Source: Salisapilia sapeloensis CBS 127946
Taxonomy: Eukaryota; Protista; Oomycota
NCBI GenBank assembly: GCA_023334545.1
Contig: JAADVB010000077.1
Span: 1 to 64,000 of the forward strand
Length of the DNA stretch: 64,000 bases
Direction of reading: 5' to 3'
This document shows positions 1 to 10,200 of this stretch, piece after piece. Numbering within the stretch: the stretch's first letter is position 1; each line of letters begins with the position of its first letter. The notes beneath the pieces are model-generated. The model saw only the letters and a program-made list of their open reading frames with translations. It was not told the origin of the DNA and did not search any database. Both the position numbers and the translations under genes were made by a program.

Positions 1-12
1 ATTGGGCTGTAC

Positions 13-669
13 TTGAGTCTGGGCATTCCGTCCATGCTGCTTCTGACGCTCGGCTGGTGGTCGTACGAGCTTATGGCTATTCTTGCTGGATTACTTCCGA
101 ACGGCGTCGTAGCTATGAGTGCGCATGCGGTGATGATGAACATTGCGGAAGGTACATTTGTGTGCTATCTCGGCGTCTCTGTTGCAGCGAACATCCGCAT
201 TGGCAACTGCCTCGGGGCGAATCATCCGAAGCGGGCCAAGGTGGTCACCAAAATCAGTATGACCATGGCAATCATGATATCGACGATAGGAGCAATCTTT
301 ATCTATGCCTTCCGGTGTTATATTCCTCGATTAATCGTTTCGGATCAAGATAGCATTTTGCGCGCGTCTGAGATACTACTGATCATGGTCCCCTATCAAA
401 TCATAGATGCCGTGAATGCTGTCATTCACGGAATATATCTTGGCATCGGGTGGCAGAAGAGAGCAACGTGGATTACTACATTTGCTTGTTATCTTGTTGG
501 GATACCACTTGGCAGTCTTCTCGCGTTTTGGTTTGGATGGGAGCTGGAAGGACTTTGGATCGGATTCATGTGTGGTAACTTAGTAAGCTTTTCCGCCTGT
601 GTTATCATACTCATAAGAGGTAGCTGGGAAGTATTGGCCAGTGAGGCACAGATCCGAGTACATACGTAG
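13..669 (+). CDS. MATE family efflux transporter, 3' part only (5' end lies outside the window or upstream of an intron)
   Basis: Hydrophobic multi-TM ORF with MATE C-half motifs: EWW-like LGWWSYELMAILAG, SVAANIRIGNCLGA, G.G.Q, YLVGIPLG and GLWIG. Confidence 0.85.
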   Translation: MSLGIPSMLLLTLGWWSYELMAILAGLLPNGVVAMSAHAVMMNIAEGTFVCYLGVSVAANIRIGNCLGANHPKRAKVVTKISMTMAIMISTIGAIFIYAFRCYIPRLIVSDQDSILRASEILLIMVPYQIIDAVNAVIHGIYLGIGWQKRATWITTFACYLVGIPLGSLLAFWFGWELEGLWIGFMCGNLVSFSACVIILIRGSWEVLASEAQIRVHT

Positions 670-1736
670 GTCTAGATGGTAGGTAGATGAGGCTGAACCG
701 TACAAAGTCACTGAAGGACAAATATGTGTCTACCATGTAACCATTTTTAGATACGCTCGCTTACCATCGGTCAGCATTGCCCATGTGAAGACATCTAAGG
801 ACGATAAAATGCTGTTTGCTTGAAGCGTACTCGGCTTGCCTGTAGAGCAAACTCAATCTTAACAATCTCTCAGTTAGTAAATACACTGCTAGTGGTAGTT
901 TCGTTTGGTCTTATTCAGCTCTTTCTTTTTTGGGGGAACATCATCTTCTGTTTGGGTTTCTATTCTCCATCTTTGATAGTGATGCTCAGCGTAGCAATGG
1001 TAACGAGATCTCCGTAGTGCCAAACTTAGAAGAGATGATCATCAGAGCACAATGTGCAACAGCACCCTGAAGTCAGTTCGTAGATCACTGTATTTTGCGA
1101 CCTTGGTATAGTTCGACAGCTCTTGAATTTCTGGTCATGAAAGATATACTGATAATTCTAGCACTCGGATCGATATAAATTGGAAGATTCTTCAATTGAT
1201 TACTTGAGATCATTCAACACGCACTATTGGCACTGCTAGCAGTGCTATCTAATCCTTAATCCATGTAGCGGTAGGTTCATAGGTTAACTGGATGCAAGTC
1301 ATTGTAATGTACAATCTAGGCTCACAACGAGTTGGACTACGCTACGTGCCTAGTATGCTTGCCAAATTAACAAGAGATACTTTCAATGAGGCTACCAAGC
1401 AAATTGTAAGCTAGAGGTCTTTGCCTGGACGCTTCGCATTTGCCTCACAAGACAAAACAAACGAATACTATGCACGGATCTTTTTACAAGAGCAATCATA
1501 CACATCTGCATTGTCGGCCAAGTACAAAGAAAGTATATTCTTTACACTAAAGTTCATACTAGCACTACTTTCTCCTTACAACCGCCCTCAAGGCGGATGA
1601 GCGATCACCTACCTCCACCTGATTACAAATATAGATTCTGCCTCTTCAAGATCTACATACAAAACCCAAGATATTTAAAGACCGATTGCAAACCAACCGT
1701 CAGTCAATCCACATTTGCATCCGCATCATTCGAATC

Positions 1737-2984
1737 ATGGAGCTCTCGTTGCCTACACCCCCTACTGATTTCCAAGACACCTCCAAGGTCGTCGTCGGCC
1801 TTGGTGGCTACTTTGCCCGCAAGCGTGTCGAGCCGTGTGGCCGTGCGTTTAACCGCCGTCTCCGTAACGCTGGCCGTGGTCGCTCTGCTAGCTGCGAAAG
1901 CATTGATGAAGATGCCAAGGCCCGTGACTCTGTTCGTGAACAGGAAGCTGCTTGGTTGAAAAAGTACCGCAAGAGCATCAAGGGCAAGAGCTTCTTGGAC
2001 TTGACCATGTACCAGCAATTGGGCATCCAAGACTTGGGCTTTGATGTCTCGGCGGACGAGATTAAGAAGGCGTACCACCGTGTGCTCATTGAGCACCACC
2101 CAGACAAGACAGGCAAGACGGAGAACGACCCGAACTACTTGGCTGTCCAGACGGCGTTCGCTACCTTGATGGACCCGCAGAAGAAGCGTGCGTACGACAG
2201 TCAGTGCGACTTCGACGAGTGGATTCCATCTGGAAATGAAAAGATTAAGGAGAACGATGCGAATGGACAGGGCAAGAGCTTCTATGAGCTGTATGGCCCA
2301 GTATTCGAAGCCAACGCTCGATTCTCGGAGAACCAGCCTGTCCCAATGCTTGGCGGAGACGATCTCCCGATCGATGACGTCTACGCGTTCTACGACTTCT
2401 GGCACAAGTTCGACTCGTGGCGTGACTTTACGCACAACGCTGAGCACGACGTTGACAGCGCGGAACACCGTGACCACAAGCGTTGGATGGCGAAGAAGAA
2501 CGAGAACGCTGCGAAGAAGCAGAAGAAGAAGGAGTACACGCGTCTGGCGAACTTGGTCGACCGTGCTATGGCCGCTGACCCGCGTATCCGTCGTGTGAAG
2601 CAGGCTGAGAAGGACAAGAAGCTGCAGGCGAAGCGTGAGAAGGAAGAAGCGGAGCAGAAGAAGATTGAGGAGGAGCAGCGTAAGAAGGAAGAGGCTGAGC
2701 GTGCCGAGCGTGAGAAGGAGGAGGCTGAGAAGGAAGCCCGTAAGAATGCCAAGATGGCCAAGGAGAAGCAGAAGAAGATGCTGCGTAAGGTCAAGAAGGC
2801 GTTCCGTGAACTCATGGCGGAAGCGCGCGAGCAAGAGGTCGAGGGTGCGCTCGACGTCGTTCAGACGGAAGACATGTGCGACAGCCTGTCGATGGACGAC
2901 CTGCAAGGTCTCGTGGATGCCATGGGCGGGAAGGTCGAGAGCTTCAAGCCGGAGGGCGTCGCCAAGGTGCAGGAAAAACTGTAA
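1737..2984 (+). CDS. ZUO1: Zuotin / DnaJ subfamily C member 2 (ribosome-associated J-protein)
   Basis: N-terminal LSLP and VEPCGRAF motifs, J domain with HPD (EHHPDK), zuotin homology domain (FYDFWHKFDSWRDF), K/E-rich charged helix. Strong codon bias. First ATG is at 1737. Confidence 0.92.
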   Translation: MELSLPTPPTDFQDTSKVVVGLGGYFARKRVEPCGRAFNRRLRNAGRGRSASCESIDEDAKARDSVREQEAAWLKKYRKSIKGKSFLDLTMYQQLGIQDLGFDVSADEIKKAYHRVLIEHHPDKTGKTENDPNYLAVQTAFATLMDPQKKRAYDSQCDFDEWIPSGNEKIKENDANGQGKSFYELYGPVFEANARFSENQPVPMLGGDDLPIDDVYAFYDFWHKFDSWRDFTHNAEHDVDSAEHRDHKRWMAKKNENAAKKQKKKEYTRLANLVDRAMAADPRIRRVKQAEKDKKLQAKREKEEAEQKKIEEEQRKKEEAERAEREKEEAEKEARKNAKMAKEKQKKMLRKVKKAFRELMAEAREQEVEGALDVVQTEDMCDSLSMDDLQGLVDAMGGKVESFKPEGVAKVQEKL

Positions 2985-3138
2985 ATCGAATGCTTTTCAT
3001 TTTCTTGAAGTTGTGTTGAAGTTCTTACTCAGATATCAGAATAACTGTCTCATTTGTTGGTTAAAAGTGCTGCTAGTTTTACGAAACGACAGTCGTTGGC
3101 CGTCATCAGTTTGGCTTCGACTGGAGAATCGCATCGAG

Positions 3139-4656
3139 ATGGGACGCAAGTTTATTGATAAGAAGAAGGCACAGCACTTTCACTTGGTGCATCGTAGTCA
3201 ACGGGATCCCAAGTCGAATGATCCGAATGCATCTGAGTATGTCTTGTTGTCATCGAAACGACAGGAAGAGTATGGGTCAGATGAAGAACGAAAGGAGTCG
3301 GAGGATTATAGCGAGGAAGAGGTTGATAGCGACAGTGATGATGATGATATGCCAGATCTAGTTGCACCGTCCAAGCCGGCTCCTTCCCAACGTAAAGGTC
3401 GATTTAATGCTGTCCAGGCAAAGGACATGGTCGATGCGGAAGGTATGGTGCGTGATGGCTATGACTACTCGCAGCACATGAAGGAGATGGGTGAAGGACG
3501 ATTTTACTCTGCGAGTGGGCACTTTGCGACGGAGAATGAACTGGCAAAGAAAGTGGAGCTGCCAGAGGATGTGTTGCCTAGTGGGCAGGAACAAGACCGA
3601 TTGTTGGAAGCGATTACGTTGACAGAAGACCTGATGGATGCTGATTTAAAGGAAGCTTTGACCGACGACCAAGCTTTCGAAGAGATTGATGACGACTTTA
3701 TGGCTCAAGCAGCGGTAGAGACGGGAGACGCAAGTGATGAGTTTGACTACGATGCACACATTGCCAAGCTAATGGCAGCTGCGAGTGGACACGTCGGTCA
3801 GGACGATGATGAGAGTGATGAAGAGTTCGATTCAGAAGAGGAAGAGGAGGAGGAAGTGGATAAAACAGAGGAACAGCGCAAATTGGATGAATTATTCGAA
3901 AAGACGTTGGCAGAGGAATATGATGACGACGATCTCGGCGAGTTGGACGATATGGATCCAGAACTCCATGACGGGATTGAGTTAGAGGGAGAACTTTTGG
4001 ATACGATCGTCGAGGATTACAAGCAGGTGCAGCAGCAGCTTGTGGATGACGATGGCAAGGTCGGCAATCCATACCGTAGTGGCAATCACCTGCAGGAAAT
4101 TCTGGAACAATGTGCCTTAGAGGGAGTGCAGGATGAAGATGATTTGAACGAAGAGGAAGCTCCACCGGCAGCAGATCCGACGTTGGATTCTAATTTGAAT
4201 GAAATGGTCGTACGGAGCGAGTACTTGAGACCACAAGAACGAGAAAAGTGGGATGTCGAGACGATCGTGAGTACGTACTCAAACATGGATAACCATCCGA
4301 CGGTCATTCGGGAGTCTCGTCCGACTCGACGGAAAACCAGGAGCAGCTTTGCTGACAGCACTGCGTCGAACCAGACGTTACCTCCGATCCAGTTATCGAG
4401 CAAGACAGGTATGCCACTAGGTGTGTTTGAAAGCAAGCAGCCACAGAAGAAGAAGGAGAAGGGCTTCGAAGTCGAGGCTAGAAAGAAGCACGGGAAGGAA
4501 AGCAAGGAAGAGAAGAAGGCACGTAAGGAAGCGGTAAAAGCACAAAAGGCCAAACGAAGAGTCGAGAAAAAGGTGCGGAAGGATGCGTATCGGGAGGAAG
4601 AGCAGCGTCAGTTGGCGCAGACGCCTGCCGACATGGTGTCGACGTTCCGATATTAA
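3139..4656 (+). CDS. LTV1: Protein LTV1 homolog (40S biogenesis factor)
   Basis: N-terminus MGRKFIDKKKAQHFHLVHRSQRDP, DGYDYSQHMK, acidic centre, WDVETIVSTYSNMDNHP, and C-terminal KEEKKARKEAVK..KRR.EKK. The true start at 3139 lies inside the longer track ORF. Confidence 0.9.
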   Translation: MGRKFIDKKKAQHFHLVHRSQRDPKSNDPNASEYVLLSSKRQEEYGSDEERKESEDYSEEEVDSDSDDDDMPDLVAPSKPAPSQRKGRFNAVQAKDMVDAEGMVRDGYDYSQHMKEMGEGRFYSASGHFATENELAKKVELPEDVLPSGQEQDRLLEAITLTEDLMDADLKEALTDDQAFEEIDDDFMAQAAVETGDASDEFDYDAHIAKLMAAASGHVGQDDDESDEEFDSEEEEEEEVDKTEEQRKLDELFEKTLAEEYDDDDLGELDDMDPELHDGIELEGELLDTIVEDYKQVQQQLVDDDGKVGNPYRSGNHLQEILEQCALEGVQDEDDLNEEEAPPAADPTLDSNLNEMVVRSEYLRPQEREKWDVETIVSTYSNMDNHPTVIRESRPTRRKTRSSFADSTASNQTLPPIQLSSKTGMPLGVFESKQPQKKKEKGFEVEARKKHGKESKEEKKARKEAVKAQKAKRRVEKKVRKDAYREEEQRQLAQTPADMVSTFRY

Positions 4657-4753
4657 GACAAGTAATACATTTCGTGGCAGAGCAGCTGAAAATACTTTTT
4701 CTTATTATCCATAATACGACGAAACTCAATAACTTAGATACATATCCTGGACC

Positions 4754-5809
4754 TTAGAAGCTGACGTCTAATAGTCGAGAGACATCGTCGTCGTAATTGA
4801 GTGGAGAGAGCGGGGCGTCCCATGTCCCAGGCTCGACGTTGGCGAGATCCATCAAGAGTTCTTCTTCAAAATTATCAGAAGAATCGGCATCTTGCGCCGG
4901 CTTCTCCTTTTCATTTGTCGCCTGTTTGTTGGTTACATTGTAGTCGTCGAGTTTCGTCTCGTAGTTCATGACTGAAGGGTCGGCAAAGTCGTCCATGGCC
5001 GACGCGATGGAGCATTCGTCCGTGAGAAAATCTTGAATATCCATATCGAAGGAAGTATCGTCTGCGGGAGACTGTTTCGACATTCCCTGCTGTGTATTAT
5101 CATCCACGTAAAACAAGTCGTTCTTCATCTGCATGGGAGAAGGTAATGGGTACTTGCTGTCGTTCTCCCGCAGGCGCTCATCCCACCTGCCATCATCTGG
5201 GTTCCTCACGCTAAGGTCGACGGGAGGCATATTCACCGGCGTCATAGCCGGCTTGAGAGCTGGCGACATATTGTCGATGGGTGCCGACTTGGCCATCGGC
5301 GAATAGCACATGGTCCCGTTGTTCAAGGTAGTGGGTGTAATGATGGGCGCGCTGAATCCCATGCTATCCATCTGAGTCTGCGCCTGTGCTTTGGATTTGG
5401 CCAAGGGGTCAAACCACGGGTCTTTTGCTTTGCCTGCAGATCGGCGCTTGATGTTCACGAGCAGGTCAGGCCGTCCCTTGCGGAAGTAGGAGTGTTGGTA
5501 TATGGTCAGTTGCCCTTCGGTGACGCGATAGAAGGAGTAAAAGTTGAGCTGTCGAATGAGGCTCGAGAGGCGTTTATGACGGAAATATTTCGGCAAGCAG
5601 TGCTCAGCCATCATTTTGGGGTCGACGATGCAAAAGGCTGTGCCATTGCGAATCCAGGAGACGATCGAAGACGGCTCCGAGTCGACCATGCGATAGAGTT
5701 TGCTTACAAAGGAGCCGGAGGCATTCGCATCCTGTTTGTCTGAAGCGAACTGCTGGAGCGTCTGCGACCGCGGTCGGCGTACTACATCTTGCATGTCCTC
5801 TTCCCTCAT
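4754..5809 (-). CDS. HSF-type DNA-binding domain protein
   Basis: FVSKLYRMVD..IVSW..GTAF.I.DP..LPKYFRH..SSLIRQLNFYSF..HSYFRKGRPDLLVNIKRR, followed by an acidic/Pro-rich tail. Start is at 5809 or 5794. Confidence 0.88.
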   Translation of the reverse strand: MREEDMQDVVRRPRSQTLQQFASDKQDANASGSFVSKLYRMVDSEPSSIVSWIRNGTAFCIVDPKMMAEHCLPKYFRHKRLSSLIRQLNFYSFYRVTEGQLTIYQHSYFRKGRPDLLVNIKRRSAGKAKDPWFDPLAKSKAQAQTQMDSMGFSAPIITPTTLNNGTMCYSPMAKSAPIDNMSPALKPAMTPVNMPPVDLSVRNPDDGRWDERLRENDSKYPLPSPMQMKNDLFYVDDNTQQGMSKQSPADDTSFDMDIQDFLTDECSIASAMDDFADPSVMNYETKLDDYNVTNKQATNEKEKPAQDADSSDNFEEELLMDLANVEPGTWDAPLSPLNYDDDVSRLLDVSF

Positions 5810-6359
5810 CTTTCTCTCTCTGCACTTGTGTAGTTGCTGTGTTTTTGCTAAATGAAGTTTCGAAAAAAGACGAACGCTTGGGTTCAAGATGGGCCAGCAC
5901 TTGGATTCAGTATACGTCGCAAAAACGAGGCGCCGGGTCGAAAAACCTGCAAGCGTAGGACATATAACCCTACACCTTTAGAGACAGCGAATCGCACGTC
6001 GCCGTTTAGATTTGGTGTATGCCGTGATTGCGTACAATGTGGCCGATATGAGCATTTTAAGCAGCACGCGCTTTGCATCGCCAAAGTAATGAGCAAGCGT
6101 GAGTGCTCTTTGTCTACAAAAGTTTAAAAAATCGGTGCATGCGAGATCAATCGAGAACCTTCACTCGCGTTTGATACCAACATTCACGACAAACTTGTAC
6201 TTTGTATGACATCCACAATCTACTCGACTCCAGACTAGAAAATTCTTGTCCTTCACGTTTATCTACTAGCATGTACGTAACTGGGCATGTCGCAGATCGA
6301 TTACGCTGGCTGGTTGTTTCCAGGCGGATGTTCAGAATGCAGGCTATTTCCGTCCTACA

Positions 6360-6984
6360 ATGCATGCTAGCGATATCGTAGAGGCAGTCGTACGCACAAT
6401 CCAGAGCAATCCTGGAAACAATCTAGTCGATAGGTACAAGGACACCTGCCGCATCCTCACGTTCGAACGCGAGCTCGAGACGTTCAACGACGCCTTCGAA
6501 AGAAAAGGCAAGTTCCGACCAGACACTGTCATCCACGTTCATCAGACTCCTGGCCAAGTATACGATACAGGATGCACCCGCTCGTGGAAGCAGTCTCGGC
6601 AACGGAAACTACCTCCCATTGAAGAAACGATGGATGCAGAGCGATGGGACGTTCATGGAAACGTGCACCCTTTGCGTACGTTGTCTAGCCTTTTGAACCT
6701 GCATTTGATAGCTGAACGCATGCACATCAGGCCATAATCTTCTAGGCGATCCTTACGCCAGTGCTGGAAAGCTGATCGACCGGATGCGTCAAACCAGCGC
6801 GTTACAAGTATATCAGCGTTATCAGCCCATTTTAACGCAAGATCTGGCGACAAGGGATAAACGTCGCATCCAAGCGTTAAATCGGAAACGAGCGGCACGT
6901 CCGTCGGTTGTAGCAAGCACGCACCACCTTGAGTCGCGATTCGACCAGTATTTTCGTTCAAGTCCATCTCTGCCACAATTATAA
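6360..6984 (+). CDS. Hypothetical spliced protein (5' end uncertain); intron 6676-6730
   Basis: Removing GTACGT...CATCAG (55 nt) joins ORF 6360-6737 in frame to ORF 6784-6984 (HPL-R-HNLLGDPYASAGKLIDRMRQ). The frame is also open upstream of 6360 to about 6324. Confidence 0.5.
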
Positions 6985-7279
6985 TGTCCTCCTCGACATT
7001 TCAATGTCACTTGGCTCGTATGTCGTTTGCCCCAGACGGAGTCGGATAGAAAAGTATGATTTTACTTGTCAAAAGCACGTCACTCAGATAGCTCTAACAC
7101 ACTCATCCACGTATTCCTCGTGTGGATGGACAGGGAACAAACCCCATTTTCTCCTAATCGTAATCAAATATTTTCATGACCTAAAACATTCGTTACGTCC
7201 GTATCAGTCCCTGTCGAAAGTGGCAGAGCAAACTACTTCGAATACTGAATACTTGTCCACGACGAACCCTTCGGAGCAC

Positions 7280-10200
7280 ATGAGTCCATCCTCCAAGGAT
7301 CAATGGACGCCATCAAGTACTTCCAACCACGACTTAGATGCACACCTACGTGCCCGACAAGAAGAGTTAGACCTTGAGACTGCTAGCATGCATAGCGTCG
7401 CGAGTGCGAGTAGTTACTCGAGTAGCGTCCGAGAACGTACGCGTGATGAAGTCGCTGCACACTACTTCGGTCCGACGTCTTCGCCGCTACCTAGAGGCCC
7501 GGACGACGTGGATGAATCGAATGACGCGGTCGCTATGGAGGATAGTCAAGGCAATCACACGCATTTCCACGCTGATAAGGACAAAACGGTTGGACAGACA
7601 GCAGCGCGTGTCGCCAAGTCCATTTTACCATGGGGTCGTAGCGAGTCCGACTTGAATAAATTGTCCGTGAAGAATAACCCGCAGTTGCGCCACGACCGAT
7701 GGAGCGACGTGCCACGTTATTCGCCACGAGGTGCGTCTGGTGTAGAAGATGAGGAAAGTAAGGGGGAAAGTAACGAGGAAGCAGAGCTTCGACGAGCTCA
7801 GCGCAAGGAGAATGAGCGGCAATTCCGTGAACTCGCTCATTTCGCCAATACGAGGCAGCCAGTCCCGTTAGATCGATTTAAACGCACTCCGAGTCGCATG
7901 TCTAGCCAAAAGAGTCTATCATCGCATCCGAGTAGCTTTGCAGTTCTTAGTGAACCATCGGCAGACGTGGAAGTCGAGAACCAAGGTCCAGCGCCGACCG
8001 AGTCATCGACGATCGAGGAAGGTGAGGAAGGTCCGGACCGGGAGTTAAACACAGAGCTCATTCAGGCGTACATCGAATACAGTCGCAAGATCGGCCATGA
8101 GCCTTGTATTGAAGTGGACGGATGGACGAGTACGAATGAGAACGAGTTTTCGTTAGAAAGAGCTTCTTTAATTGGAGATCGACCGCAATTAAAGGCTCCA
8201 CAGCACTTTTGGACCAAATGCCTTGGCGAGAGGTACAGTCGTAAGAGAGGTCGTATCCAATTCTGCATGTACTTTGTCCTCGGACTGATCATAACGACGG
8301 TCTTTGTCTTGTATTTGAACAATCTAAGTGTCAATGCTGTCTTACACTTGGATGCATTTACAGACGAAAACGTCGTGCTTACGACGGACTATGCGTATCT
8401 GCATATAAGAGATGAAGTGTCTTTCCATCTCAAGTATGACATTGAATCGCAGATTATTGAGACGGAGGATGGGCAGATCGATCCAGCTTCATACTTTCAA
8501 GTGTTGCTCATGACGGAAGATCAGTTCGAGGATTACGTCGAAGGAGAAGAGTACACGTACTTGGACCATTCGCGACTCCGGACGACCAAGGCACATTTAC
8601 CAGACACGTATATCTATTACTTTGACGAGTTCGACGAAGTGTATATTATCATCCAGCCATGTATTCTGTATGGAGACTACTCTGTCGATTTTTGTCAAGG
8701 GCAGCGAATGCCACGGGAGATGGATGACGGAACGGACTTGTTTAACTTGCAACGCCCGGAGAATGTCAATAACGCTACAATCGGGTTTAACATCTCTTCG
8801 TATTATGTCAATCCCCAGCCAGAAGACTGTGCGTCGACGGTCGATCGTGGTGGCAATTACTTGCTCATCTTTGTTCCCTACGTACTCATGATCGTCTTTG
8901 GCTTACGACTACCTCAGATGCTTTTCCATTGCGAAGGTTTCCGAGCGAACCTCGAACGACATTATCGACGGGAGTTTGGTGTCCCGGAGAACGAAGTGGA
9001 CGCCTGGCAGCCAATGCCATGGGACCGAAAAGTCCCTCGAATTAGATTGCTTGGACCTTGTTGCTGGCGTAAGATGCGGAAACCCACGGAGCCGTTCGAT
9101 ACGTGGTGGCGGCATGAAAACTACTTTACATGGATCTTCAGTCCGTACCGGAACGAGCGTCTGTCTCGTAGTGAGCGAGCGCTGATCATCGCCTGTACGT
9201 TATACGTGACGTTCTACGTCGCCTTCGTCCTGTACATGCTCCATGGCACGTCCGATTTCTTTGCTTTTAGTAGCATCGTCCTGTTCTACGTCCTCTTGAT
9301 GCTCCTCCCCGCGGCTGGGAAAGCGATTTTCAAAGAGTTATTTAAACTCATCTTTCGTCAACGACGCAAGTTCTATCGTATCCGAGCTGCTGGAGGTGAC
9401 ACTGGTAATTTTAGCTTTCGCTGGGCATTTGCCGGTCAACTCCTCGTCGTCCTTCTACTCACGATCGCACAGCTTCCCATGTTTTACATTTGGTTATTCC
9501 GTTCATGTATGTTCTTGAAGCAATTCATGTACTTTGCGATGCTCGCAGCCGTCATGCGATCGAGTCTACTGGGTCTATTGCAAGACTTTGGATGGTACAT
9601 GATCATCAAGACGTGGGGATGGAAGGACTTGTGTCCTTACTGTACCGAGAGGTTGTTGCATTGCGATTGCTTTAACGATGAACTCTTGATCCTATCAGTA
9701 GCTCGTGTCGGTGCCAATTGGGAATTGATTAAGGTGCTGGAAAGTGTGCTGAGCAAACAGGAAGGGTACGTCCCACAGTTTGAAGAGTACACGGCTGAAC
9801 AGTTGAAGGAAAGGTGGCAGATACTAGTGGATCGAGCAGAGAAGCATGTGGAGAAGTTGGCAAAGTTAGCAGCGTATCGAGAGAAGAAACGACGTGATAG
9901 ATATCGTCGTCAACGTCAGCGACGAAGCTTTATGCATGCGGCGTCGACGGTGCTTGGTATGGAAAGTGTTGATAAGAGTGAAGAGGAGACGAAGGAGTCG
10001 AGTGTCGAAATGAATGAAGACTTGTGCTGTAGCGTGCGGGAACGCAAGATCCTAGCGCTCCAGGAGAAGATCCAGGAAGGCAAGTTTGAGAAACATTACG
10101 ACAGCAACATTGTCGATGTCTTTAATTCGATTAAAGAAGCGTTGATGAAGCGTCGACAAGGAAAAGCATGGCCGATTCCAGGTCCAAGTGAAACGCAGGC

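Noticed and set aside
1230-1245. Perfect 16-bp palindrome GCACTGCTAGCAGTGC
   Set aside because: About one such palindrome is expected by chance in 64 kb (64000/4^8).
670-1600. Possible minus-strand spliced gene (CTAAC..CTACAG and GTAAGC..CTTCAG signals, short basic ORF pieces)
   Set aside because: No consistent reading frame could be built without running into the MATE 3' end; left unresolved and needs RNA-seq.
1704-2906. 400-aa antisense ORF over zuotin
   Set aside because: Shadow ORF from biased codon usage of the sense gene; Leu-rich low-information translation.
2635-3138. Apparent N-terminal extension or overlap of LTV1 with zuotin (673-aa track ORF)
   Set aside because: The extension is an off-frame reading of the K/E-rich zuotin tail; LTV1 homology begins at Met 3139.
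6653-6976. Minus-strand 107-aa ORF
   Set aside because: Overlaps the better-supported plus-strand spliced model.
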